From Lama guanicoe (taxonomy: Eukaryota), in NCBI GenBank assembly GCA_013239625.1, contig MU053216.1:2818943-2882942 (forward strand): a DNA stretch of 64,000 bases, in the 5' to 3' direction. A program made the position numbers and the translations under genes. Below are positions 1 to 11,859 of the stretch, piece after piece. The notes beneath the pieces are model-generated. The model was not told where the DNA came from. It did not search any database and saw nothing but the letters and a program-made list of their open reading frames with translations. Position 1 is the first letter of the stretch. Every line of letters begins with the position of its first letter.

Positions 1-472
1 GTATGTTTAATTATTAATGACAAAAAAGTAAATAGCCACATTGTCATTAGGGAACACTTAACCTGGCTGCAGTTGGGTGAGTCACAGGTTTGCAGGCAAC
101 GCCTGCTTCTGCCACGCATACGTGGAAGGACAGGGAACCGTCTCTAAAACGGTGCACAGGACAAACGTGCTCGTTACTGACGTGAAGAGGTGCCGTACGC
201 ATCATTAGTCTACACAGACAAATCCTTTATGAATTATTTTATGAAATCAGCAATCTTTTAATAATTGAATCTTCTAATTTGAATTTAAGGAATTATATTT
301 TAATATGTTCTCCTGCACATGTGTTTGTTCAGACAACTGAAAATACAGTTTCTATGGAAAATGCATAGTTTAAACATTTAATAATTAAACATGCATATGA
401 ATGTAAAATAATAAAGCTTTGAAAATGCTAATATGTATTTAATATAAATATAATAGCCAAGCAATGACTTAC

Positions 473-533
473 AAGATGTCGTACGCGAAACACTTTCTGA
501 ATTACCACGATATTTCCCGTTGTGATAATAGAC
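473..533 (-). CDS. PTPRC: PTPRC exon 15 (61 nt): VYYHNGKYRGNSESVSRTTS, end of the membrane-proximal FN3 domain
   Basis: Acceptor aattcag|GTC, donor TCTT|gtaagt. Resembles human [21 protein letters not shown]. The ORF track shows a different frame here. Confidence 0.93.
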
Positions 534-1709
534 CTGAATTTCAGTAATAAAAGAGAAAATTGTTTTCTTAACATGAATTTATAAGTCAATATAACGCATA
601 TATTTTGCATACATTGCTGTTTAATTTCATAAAAAATATACTGGTCAGCTTTCATTTAAAGTTGAAGCTTCAAGATTATGTCAATATTTTACTAGCAAGA
701 TTCTTTTAAAGAAGGTATTTAACAATGGAAAAGATATAAAGACATCATAGCCCATTTACCAATAATATCTATTAAAAATAATTTACCAGTAATTACCTAT
801 GAATAGGCTAACATCACCACATTTTTTAAAAAAGGAAATTTTGCCATAATTATTTTACAAGAGTTACACATAAAATGTACAAAAAAATTTTTAAGGCTGA
901 GTGGAAACAGAATAATGTAAGAATCGCAATATTTATATTAAAGTGATATTTAGTTCACAAGGGTTAAAATGATAAAGACTGATGCGCTAAAGTGATACAG
1001 GGTAAAATTTACAGGATAGACATAAGTAGCATAAATACTTCCATCTCAAAATATTGAATTCAAATAAAGCAAAACAATTTAGATATACCAAGGAAACTGC
1101 ATGGATCCAGAAAGCATTAAGAATCTTTAGCAAAAAAAAAAAAATATATATATATATAAGCAAAAATAGATATGAATAATATCATTAAAAGAGATTAATG
1201 ATAAATATAATAAATCTGGAAAATACACACCTAAGCTTTAACACTATAGAGAATATATAATTTCCCCAGTACGCACAGAATATTCAAAGCATTTATCATG
1301 ATGTATGTATCATAAGCTGTAGAAAATATTATAAATTCCAAAAGGCAGAAATTGTAAAAGCCAATTATCTTTTATAAACTAATAATTAACAGCAATAAAA
1401 AATTTAAGAACCAGAAATATAGAAATTCTCTTAAAAAACAAATAAATTAAAAACTCTTCCAAATTACAATTCTATACTCTTTAGAAGTTATCAATAATAA
1501 GAATATTCTACTTTAAAAATCTACTCATTAAATTTTATGTCAGTCATTGAGAAATTAGTGATAAATAATACAGACATGGGACAGAGTCAAAATTTTACCA
1601 AAGGACAATCCATAGCTTTAATTTTTTTAGTTAATAAAAAAAGAGAAAGAAGTAAATGATCAAAAATCACTTTAAATCCCCAAACTAGCAGGACATCAAA
1701 ATAAACCTA

Positions 1710-1856
1710 TGGTGGGTGGGTAGTGTGTGTAGCTCAGTGGTACAGCGTGTGCTTAACAGGCATGAGGTCCTAGATTCAATCACCAGTACCTTCACTAAAA
1801 AAAAATAAACCTAATTGCCTCCCCCCAAAATAAATAAATAAATAATTTTTTAAAGA
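1710..1856 (+). mobile_element. tRNA-derived SINE (camelid Vic-1-like)
   Basis: A-box tagctcagtgg, B-box-like agattcaatc, A-rich tail. TSD aaaataaaccta at 1698-1709 and 1857-1868. Confidence 0.88.
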
Positions 1857-2917
1857 AAAATAAACCTACATTCAAGGAAAGTAACAAATCAACATTAATC
1901 AAAACAACTTAATGAATTTATTAAGCAGAGAGCACAATGATAAATGGAACTAAAACGATTGCTCCCTCATGAAGGTGTAAATGCAGCAGTGGCTTCTTAA
2001 ATAAAGACATAAACAAGTTATGGGAACTGCGGTGAAGAGCACAAGAGAAGTCCTCGAAGAGGGGAAGTCAGACAGTAACTGAGCAACTGGCTCCGAATTC
2101 GAATTCTAAGATTGTATCCCAGTATGATGTTTATCTATATTTTTCCAGAATACTTTATCATGATTAACAAATCAGAGAAGAAAAGTCTAGAAAGAAAGAA
2201 GAACATTGAGTAAAATGCCTAAAGAGAGTGAAGCCTGGGTGTTTTGAGAAATGGAGAGGAAGCCAGCGAGCGGGGGGCTCCCTGGGTGCGAGGAAGCCAC
2301 GGGGGGAGAAGCGGGTGCAGGGTGGTGGCTGATAGCAGAGGGGCTCTTTCACTCGGACTGTTCTGTGGAAAAACAGAGGTGGCACACTCACTCAAAAGGG
2401 CTAAAACACCTGAAAAGGACTGTGACACTGAAAGAAAACATAAATGGGTCTCAAACAACCCCTCTGCGGCAAAGGGCTAAAACACATTTTTTCAGTGAAT
2501 AAATCATTCCTGTATTATTTGAAGTTATAAAACACAGAAAAACAGGAAAATGTTTCCAAGGGGTCTCATCAGGTTAACAGAACTTTTATACCAAAAATAT
2601 AACAAGGATGACATGTGCCCCCCCATGCCAACATCACCTCTACACACTTACTGAAAGAACTTATTTATGAATGTCTTCATAAAGACTTAGGAAATTAAGT
2701 TATTGAGATCAAAAATACTTTTGAAAAATAATACACAATGACAGAGCAGAGTTTTTTCTTAGAATGTGACAATAGTTCAATATTAGAACATCAATCACTA
2801 TAATTTACCATATAAACAAGACACACCACAGCATCACAACCATGGTGTCATCTAATTTGGTACCACTAAAAAATTGATTAAAGCCCAACCTAATTTTCTG
2901 GCTAAAAATAAGAAATC

Positions 2918-2944
2918 ATATATATATACATATATACATGTGAA

Positions 2945-2978
<34 letters not shown>

Positions 2979-2999
2979 AAAACACATATATATGAAATC

Positions 3000-3032
<33 letters not shown>

Positions 3033-3041
3033 TACACACAC
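2918..3041. repeat. Interrupted (TA)n/(CA)n microsatellite
   Basis: Repeated gaaatca(ta)n blocks seen directly. Confidence 0.95.
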
Positions 3042-3864
3042 TTTTTTAAGCGATAAGACTATGAAGACTAGTTGTCAATATCACATTAAACAGTAGTCAA
3101 CTATGGAAATTCCCATTAAACAAGAAATGAAAGAGATAATCTGACTGAATAAAAATAAAAGGGACATTTGTGTATGGTTTAAAGTGCTATTAAGAAAATA
3201 AAAAGGCAAACTATACACTGAAAACAAAATTTGTGACTCACATGAGACAAAGAGTTTAATCCTATTAAGATTCGAGAAGCATCCCCAAAGAATACTGGAC
3301 AAAGGAGGTGAGGCGCATGTTATCACAAGGACAACAATGATAATAAAAAAAGTGTTTCTCCTCAACAGTAAATAAAGAAAACCCATGAAAACAATGAGAG
3401 ATGCCAATATCATATTTACCCACTAAACACCAAAGAAAAGGGGCGTGTTCAGAGTCAGGGAGACTCCAAAGCAATCATTTCACACACGACTACAGGACGG
3501 GTAATTTGGTAACGCGGAAAGGAAAAAAAAAGTTACATGAAAAATCTTAAATTAAATGGAAATTCCTTTTGACCTGATACATTCATTTCCAGGAATGTAT
3601 TCAAGCAGAAATGACAAAAGCCATAGTCAAAGATTTTGTTATTTGCCCAGTAAGAATGCTTACTGATGATTGTTTTTAATAGAGACCAAAACAGATATAG
3701 TTAGTAGAATGTGATAAAGCTGTAAGGTAGAATTTTATGCAACCCTTAAAAACTGCACAGTAGCAGAATAGTTAACATGGAAAAATGTTCATGACGTGGT
3801 GATTTATGAAACACGCAGCTTCTCAAACCGTGAGTTCATATTATGAAAGTCGTGAGAAAATGGA

Positions 3865-4660
3865 AAATAGATGTTGGTCTCCACCACTGGTTCCTGGCGC
3901 AGGACTCCTGAACTCTTGTGTTCTCTAAGTGCTAAGGGATCTAGAAGCATCTTGTGTCCTAATATTTGGTCTTTGATCCTGATTCCCGACACAGAGCTCC
4001 AGAAAAACTTGTAATTTCCTGGGTGACAGGAGTGTCTTATTCTACTGAGGTGACTGCCAGGCTCCTGGGTGGCTCCTGGATGGGGGCTGGTCACCAGAAA
4101 GACCAGGCCATGGGTAGAGTCTTGGAAGTTTCAGCACCCTCCTCCTCCTCATCCTCTTGAGAAAGGAGGGCTGAAAATGGATTTAACGGCTGATTAGGCC
4201 TACGTGATGATGCTTCCATAAAATCCCAAAAGGACAGGGCTCAGTGTGCTTCCGGGTTGGAGAGCTCAGCTGCACCAAGAAGTCGCCGCACTTCAAGTCC
4301 CCAGGGACAGAGGCCCCTGCTCCCGGGCCCGCCCCTCGCAGGCCTCACCAGAGCAGACAAACCCAAGGAAGGGGTCTAGGGAGCACCCCCTGGGTAGCCA
4401 AATCGAGCAGAACTGGTAGGGCCCTGCTTCTCGCGATTGTCACCTGAAGTGGGTGGGACCAGTCCTGTGAGACCGAGCCCTTAACCCATGGGACCTGACG
4501 CTACCTCTGGGCAGATGGTGTCAGAACTGAATTAAATGATGGGACACCCAGCTGGTGTCACAGACATTTGACGTGGGGAAAAAAATCCTCACACATTTGA
4601 TGACTGGAAATGAAGTGTTCCAGGTAAACAGTAGAGGAGACTTCCGGGGAAGAAACACAC
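3865..4660. mobile_element. Solo LTR, MER21-like (ERVL); boundaries approximate
   Basis: gggggctggtcaccagaaagaccaggccatg...ggaagtttcagc and gagcccttaacccatgggacctgacgctacct resemble the MER21 consensus as recalled. Confidence 0.7.
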
Positions 4661-5217
4661 AAGGGGTAGAACGACCGCAGGCTTTCCCTGCAACAGGAGG
4701 GAAGGCTGAGCGTCTCCATCTTAGACGTACGTGCAAAATACGGCTGGCAGACAGCGCGCTTACAGCTGCGCTTTATGCTTCTCTACATTCATCAGTCTTT
4801 CCTAATATTTATTTCTACTATTTTCTAATCTCAATGTACCTGTAAAAATTTTTTTTGTAATTAAAAAAGTCATACTAGTAAAGATAAAAAGCCAAGAGGA
4901 AAGAAAGAAGTGATAAAGTGACATCCAGTGCGCATAAAATGTTGTGTTACTTGACACCGGAGCAATAATTCAGGTATAAGTAAATCACGTTGAAGGTCAA
5001 AAATATCCCAACAAAATATTTGCTAAAAACCACTGTTTTTAGTACTAGAGGTGAAAAGTTTGCAGGCAAACTTTTCAAACGTTAGAAGTATGATCCCATC
5101 AGATATTCAAGCTTCTCAAGCCTACGTGAGCACTGGTCTCGACACTATTTAAAGGCTGCGTGGGAGGGGCTGTGATGCGTACCGGTTCTGCGCTGATTAT
5201 AGACATTGTAATCTTAC

Positions 5218-5429
5218 CTCAAATGTATATTGTGTTGAGTACTGAAGATCTTCTACCACGAAGCTGCACATTTTGCTTGAGTAAGTTTTAACCAGTTTAT
5301 CTTCAGTTTTGACTTCCAGATGGTAGTCCTCTGTATCAGGACCATTAAAATGAGCAGGAGGCTTGCAAGTCACAGTTGCACTGTTATCTGTCTTCCGCAG
5401 GACTTCTAAGCCCCTGACCGGGCTTGGGG
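5218..5429 (-). CDS. PTPRC: PTPRC exon 14 (212 nt): PPSPVRGLEVLRKTDNSATVTCKPPAHFNGPDTEDYHLEVKTEDKLVKTYSSKMCSFVVEDLQYSTQYTFE, FN3 domain
   Basis: Within ORF 5197..5553. Acceptor ccttttggtag|CC, donor GAG|gtaaga. DLQYSTxYTF motif as in CD45. Confidence 0.96.
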
Positions 5430-5908
5430 CTACCAAAAGGAAGAAGGATGTGTTGCTTTCATCATTTGGTAAATTCATATTTAAATTACTTGACTCTTTT
5501 TGGGTACAATATAAACTATGGGGGTTATGGGTTGGAAAGCTAGGACAGAGCATATGTGGAAAAGCTGTAACAAAACGTCCAAATTAAATCACGCATTCAT
5601 TCAGTAAATATTAGCACCTAAGTGGTACTTGAAATCATGAGAGTGTTTGCAGTTCCCTTAAGGGGCGTGTGTGGAAATAGAGAATAGAGAGAAAACAGGG
5701 GAGTGTGGGGAGGGGACAGAGAGAGGTTGGGAAACCCCAAAGGCCTGCAGACCGCCCAGGTCCTCCTTTCTGGAAGTGCTTACATGACCCTGGTGAACAG
5801 CTACCTGGCTGGATTCTTTAGCAGAAGCAATGAATTGTCTTTGCTTCTGTGATAGCACAGAAACTCAGGAACATAACAAAAGCATAGAGCTTGAAGACCT
5901 GGACTTTT

Positions 5909-6565
5909 TATTTATCTTTTTATTGGAGTAGACTTGATTTACAATGTTGTGTTAGTTTCAGGTACACAGCAAAGTGATTCAGTCATGTAGATACGTATAC
6001 AGATAGTCTTTTTCAGATTATTTTCCATTATGGTTTATTACAAGATACTGAATATAGTTCTCTGTGCTACACAGTAGGTCCTTGTTTATCGATTTGATAT
6101 CTAGTAGTGTGTATCTGTTAATCCGAAACTCCTAATTTACCCCTCCCCACCTTTCTCCTTTGGTAACCATACGTTTGTTTTCCATGCCTGTGAGTCTGTT
6201 TCTGTCTAGTAAATAAGTGCATTTGTATCATTTTTATAGATTTTACATATAAGTGATTAATGATATTTGTCTTTCTCTGTGTGACCGATCTCACTTAGTA
6301 TGATAATCTCTAGATGAAAACTCTAATTTGAAAAGATACATGGACCCCAATGCTCATAGTAGCACCACATACAATAGCCAAGACACAGGAGCAATCTAAA
6401 TGTCCATCAACAGATGACTGGATAAAGAAGATGTGGTAGGTATATATATATATAGGATATATATATAGGATATATATATATATAAATATATATATAGGAA
6501 TACTACTCAGCCATAAAAAAGAATGAAATAATGCCATTTGGAGCAATGTGGATGAACTGACAGAG
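5909..6565. mobile_element. 5'-inverted (twin-primed) LINE-1 3' end with TSD
   Basis: 5909-6313 is the L1 3' end on the minus strand; 6314-6558 is the ORF2 end/3'UTR on the plus strand. TSD gacct(g/a)gactttt at 5896-5908 and 6566-6578. Confidence 0.88.
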
Positions 6566-7284
6566 GACCTAGACTTTTGAAACCAGAACCTAAATGATAT
6601 TAAGAGCATTCAGTGCCCAGCCCTGCACAGGACAATTTTTCTTTGTGAGCTGGTGCCAGTTAGGGTCCCTGGAGCTGAAAGCTGCTGCCTTACTCAAGGG
6701 CGTTTCTTCTTCCCTGATCCAATTGAATTAACAACGACCTCAGAGACAGACCCACTTTTGGACCAAAAATCCACAGAGCCATCATACAGGTGGCAAGAGC
6801 CAAATGAATGTAAAAGATGACATAAAATAAAATAGTAGGTAGTTCACTGTAACAGAGCAGAAAGTGCCAACAAAATACTATAATTTATGAGGTGTTTTGC
6901 CAGGTGAGCAGACGTTAGCAAGGGGATGCTTTGTGAGTGAGACGTTATTAAGTTGACTGACAGCAGTCAATATTTCCAGACAATAAGGAAATAAAAATAG
7001 GTAATGTATTTTTATCTAACATGATTAGGTACTTAATTGCCTGAAATCTTATAAATTGTGCCAGTCCATAAACTTTTGTACTGCATGCTTACAGTGATTA
7101 CTTCTGAAGAATACAGAGAACCCAGCATGCGGGGTTTTAAATGGTTGTATTTTAAATGATCATAAACCCTGGATGTCAACCTATGTGCCAGATTAGTATG
7201 TTTCCCAAATGAAGCACGGAGGTGGACGTGCTGCGCGCTCCTCCTTGCCATTCACAGGAAAAAGCACCGACGCCTATAACTTAC

Positions 7285-7437
7285 GTGCGGAATCTGTTTT
7301 AAATGCACATTTCGCATCAGCTCCGGGACGAAACACGCATCCATTGACAAAGGCATGTACTGTTACATTATATTCTGTAAAAGGTTTCAGATTTCTCAGA
7401 GCGTATGTGTGTTTAGTCTCATTGAGGCATACTCGAT
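7285..7437 (-). CDS. PTPRC: PTPRC exon 13 (153 nt): DRVCLNETKHTYALRNLKPFTEYNVTVHAFVNGCVFRPGADAKCAFKTDSA, FN3 domain
   Basis: FN3 LKPFTEY motif; donor GCAC|gtaagt; long pyrimidine tract ending in a GAG acceptor. An alternative in-frame start lies at 7431. Confidence 0.9.
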
Positions 7438-8329
7438 CTCAAGGGAAGAAAAAGAAAACATTTATTAAGTCATCAAAAGTCAAGAAGACCACACACTTAA
7501 TTTCGTCGCTACGTTAAATCACTCCAAGCCAACTCCAAAACTGCATGATGGAGAAATAAAAACATCCTTGGTGCTCGGAAGTGCACACAATTATTAGCAA
7601 ATGGATCAAACACACGCGATTACTAGCAATAGACTCAAATGTACAACGATTATGGTTTCCTATAGTTAATTCGCTGCAAGACGTATTTAATAATTTTAGG
7701 CATATCTGAGAAGATGGTCTCCTTGCTTTCTGAGAAAACACAGCCCACAGTGCATATTGTGAAAGGCCTTTTTTTCTGGTACTTTGGTGAAATCTTTTTT
7801 TTCCATACTTAACCTCAAAACTTTGAGTATTGGTTTTAGCTCCTGTTGTGGACTTGAGACGCCAAATTCTTTTGATCGGCAATAGACTGGTCCACTCTGT
7901 CCTACGGCCTAAGCTCAATAGTAGCAAATGGGGGCTGAGACAATGCGGGAAAGCTTCACGCTGGCAGGAGGACCTGAGCTGTTCGTTGGAAGATGAGTGC
8001 GACTGAGCAGGTGTAAGGAGAAAAGAAAACTTTAGTGAAGGAAGGAGCATTTTGACTTTAGGCACAAACCCGACCAGGACAGCAGAGTCTGCCTGGGTGG
8101 GGATAGGAGAGAGGACACCTTGCTGAAATACGTTTAAACATTCAGGCAGATGACTGAGCATTTGTTAAGTTGAAAAGTCTCTAGGCACTGACTGTTTCCG
8201 AGTAGCCAACTGCCACCAAGAAAGACAGACTAAAGAAAGATGAGAGAGGCAGCGTGTCACTGAGTAGCAGCTACAGTGACGACACCGCTGCTAACAGCGC
8301 CAACCACGGTAAGAGCAATGCAGAGACGG

Positions 8330-8540
8330 TGCTCTGTGCCGAGCGCGGCTCTAGGTGGTCTACGTGAATCCGTGAGCCATCACCACAGCCCTACAGGCTG
8401 GCACTCTTGATGTCATCCAATTTTACGGATGAGAAAACTGAGCCTCAGAGACATTCGCAGTCTGCCTGTGATCTCACGGGGAAGGAGGAACAGAGCCAGG
8501 ATGAGGTCCGGACACTGAGGCTCTGCTCAAAGCTTCACTG
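8330..8540. mobile_element. MIR SINE
   Basis: Core ccaattttacggatgagaaaactgagcctcagaga. Similar MIR cores lie near 21890, 35710, 35945, 38225, 44960, 52985, 54570, 61550 and 61810. Confidence 0.75.
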
Positions 8541-11300
8541 TGCATCCCGGGACAGGAAAGGGCACCAACGACTGCACAGGGGCCAGCTCTTTCTTACTCT
8601 TGGACACTTGACTTCTCTGGTCCAGCTGGATGTGCCCAGGCACTTGCAGAAACAGCATGAGAAAAGATCTATCACGTGCTGATGTCTCGTCTCAGTTACT
8701 TAACCACGAAATGGAGGCTACAGGCGTCTCTCCACCTCACCGTGGGAGGCTGAACAGTGGATGGGACAGAGTGCCTGCTCCAGCCCAGTTAAGCGTCTGT
8801 TTTCTCAGAAATCCTCAAAGCTGGACTTAATCAACTTATATCTGCCACTCAGTTCTGCCCTGACCCTAGTGAGAGTTCTCTCTGGGGACAGGAAGAGGGG
8901 CAGTTCTACAGAGGGACAGGTGGCCCCCCGACTCCTAGCTTCTGCCAGCTCCTGATATGGGGTCTGGCTGCAAGGACAAGGACGAACTGCTAACTCAGCT
9001 GCAAGCCACAAGTCATTCTCAAGGTCCATCTGGCTTCCATTCAGTGACTCGATTTTGTATGTTTGTGGGTGTAACCTCACAACCTCACAATTCAGCTTCA
9101 AAATAAGGTTCATTTATGTTGCTCTGTGACGCTTTTAGCCAGCTTGACAAAAGTCAAATTGTTGATTGAATTTTGAACAATACATTTTTCAAAAGATATT
9201 GCCATTTGGGGAATGTAAGTGTACAGTGCTTAGAAAGCTGGTTCCCAGTGTTCATTTCCAATTGCCAAGGGTTCCAAGCTTTGGTAGAAAGGCCAGTATA
9301 CTTCATATGAGCCTCTCCGCCTCCTCCACGTGCTGGAACACTTGTCCTCAGGGCTCTGAAGTCAGAAGCACAGGCTGAGTGGGACAAGTGAAGGACTTAC
9401 TTGACTCAGTGCTTGAAATTTTGTTTTCTTTAGGGAAATAGGAACATGCCTCATTTCAAGTCATGCCTGTGGCTCTGGAAATGGCTAGAAAGGCACTGAC
9501 TGAGGACATTTGTCACCTCTTTGCTTTTTAGAAAACACCTCAGGAAATCCATGAACAACTTCCCAATCTGAGCTGCTCTTAAAAAAAATAAAAGAGGTAG
9601 TTTTACTCTTTAAAAAAAGGCATTACACAAAATCGTTTCCGGTAATGTCGCTGTGACCCTGAGGGGTGCACGTTGGTTTCAATGACTTCTGAAGAACAGC
9701 CCTCTGAGTGCAGCCGTGACTTGAGGTCTCGCCCCCGGTACCGAGAAGCCTTCGTTGTCCCTTGGCGTCGTTAAGTTCATACACGACACCGAAGTTGCCC
9801 AAAGGGTCTCGTGCTCAAAACATGAAAATACAGTAGCAAATAAAGCGCGGTTCAAGCTGTTGAACTTGAGCACTGATCTGAAGTCCTGTGACCCTCAGCC
9901 ACGTGGTCTGAGCTCTGAACATAAACACGGACCTCTCCTCCCAGAGTCATTACTGAAATGTTTAACAAAACCTTAAAATAGTCATAAAAACATAGAGGAA
10001 ACGAAAGAAATGTCAACTACATTTCTCTCCTCTTAATTTGCAGCTTTCAGTGACTGAAGTGATTGATGATGAAATCATGAAATGGAATTTAAGACCTAAT
10101 TAAAAGTAATAAAAACTACCAGAATAATATGTGAGTATTTTGTACGCCAGATACAAATGGGACAGCGAGTAGAAGATTCAGAGAAGAGAAAAGAAATTCA
10201 AAGGATGTGCTCATACAGAAATCAAACAGAGTTTGTACAGGAGGTGCCTAGTGAGGCAGACAACATCCAGTCGTCCCGCTGTTTTAACGTCCTGTAGTTT
10301 GCATTCTTCCTTTCTCATAGACGTAACTTTGTAAACACACTGCACAGATTTCTCCTCCACAGCACCTGAGTCCTCTTAGGGTAATATGAAAACCACACAT
10401 GTGTTGAATTTTGCTTTAGTTGTTCAATTATTAAGATTCAAGAAACCAGCAAAAACAAAATTTTATCAAAATACGAAATAACACGCTGAAGATAAAAGAT
10501 TTTCTACTTTTCAAAATTTGAAATTTAGGTCTGGCGCCTACCCACCCACCAAAGAGATGGACTTCGGGGAGATGCTAACATGAACCCTGCCTTAAGCTGT
10601 AGGAAAACGATTAGCAAGGGGCTCTCCCAGGTGCTGAGTCTGCTCAGAGACGGCCCACTGGTGCTCAGTGTTCTCTACAAGCATTTTGGATAAATTGTCC
10701 AGGACATGTTTATTCTCTAAACTGGCCTCTGATTTGGAGGAACCAGCCTGCTGGTTGAGCCAGTCATGGCACATTTTTTGGACCACCTTTATTTCTGGAG
10801 AAGTTTAACGCTAACTAGAACTACGCCCCCAAGATTCTACGTGTCATCAGACTGGCCTCCGTGGCTAAATGGGTGCATGTTCGTTCCTAGTCACTCAGTT
10901 TCCTATGTGTATCGGCTGAAGTGAGTGCTGGACGTGGTCTGTTCGTGGTCTTGAACTGTGAATTCAAACCAGTGTCGCTCACTTAAGGAACGTTTGGCAG
11001 ACAGGTGTGTGTGCCGTCTTCCCAGAGGTTCTCTTTCTCTGGGCCGCGGGGTGTAAGGATGAGAACTAAGAAAATCTAGAGAGACAAGCAAGCACCAGGG
11101 CGGCGCTGAGCTTCAGTCACTTCCGAGGCTGGGGGGCCCACAGCTGGGCAAGCAGCTCTGCCGTCTAGGCGCCGAGGACGCCCACCCCAGCTGCTGTGCA
11201 GGGAGGCCCGTGGCACCCGCTGCGGCTGAACCCGCGTGTCAGCACTTTCCCGCGTTTGACTCGTCTTTTCCTAGGTGGAATTAAATTCCATACAAGTTAC

Positions 11301-11420
11301 CTGAAGCATTCCGGTAACAGAGAGTGAACCCGTGAGAAGTCCTCTCAGGTGGTTCCCAGGAGAGCTGTGCATCAGTTGCACTTACATTAGAACAATTGAG
11401 AGGCTTAGGGACTCCTGGAT
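11301..11420 (-). CDS. PTPRC: PTPRC exon 12 (120 nt): DPGVPKPLNCSNVSATDAQLSWEPPERTSHGFTLCYRNAS
   Basis: Acceptor ttttaacag|AT, donor TCAG|gtaact. WxPP and FTLCY as in CD45. Confidence 0.95.
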
Positions 11421-11859
11421 CTGTTAAAAGAATAAGAATATAAAATATGAAAACCAAGGCATGGAGAAAACATCCTTCACATTATTAGCATGCATTATTA
11501 AATTGCCAGATTTTGATTTTAATTATGAATTAATAATGAAATTAAAAGAAAGAGAACTGGTCTTAATAGGGTTGCAGCAGAGGTCATTTAACAGAGTGAA
11601 TGTCGCTCCGGGTGGCACCGCGGAGCCCACGTGTTCCCCCGACTTGAAGAGACCTGAAAACGCTGTCTCCCTCCCATCATTACTGCATTGTTATGTTATT
11701 GCTGCTGTCCAGCTGTCTGGTCATTTCCAGATTTCACCGTGCTGAAAATCTGTCACTGGTAGTGTTGATGAATGGAACAGTCCTCATTTGGAGTAGCACT
11801 GGTCATCACTCCCAGTAGCCAGCCATCAGAACTTGAGATGAAGCATGTAATCAATGCTC

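Larger units (their letters stand above)
700..3800 (+). mobile_element. Highly decayed old LINE-1 (L1M-type) fragments; boundaries approximate
   Basis: A-rich strand bias with L1-like remnants such as tagttcaatattagaacatcaatcactataatttaccatat and cctttgacctgatacattcatttccaggaatgtat. Confidence 0.55.

Noticed and set aside
1710..1800. tRNA-like A/B boxes here and in the other SINE copies
   Set aside because: These are SINE heads with A-rich tails and TSDs, not tRNA genes.
7514..8161. 215-aa minus-strand ORF
   Set aside because: Intronic, no recognisable domain and no fitting splice structure; probably a chance ORF.
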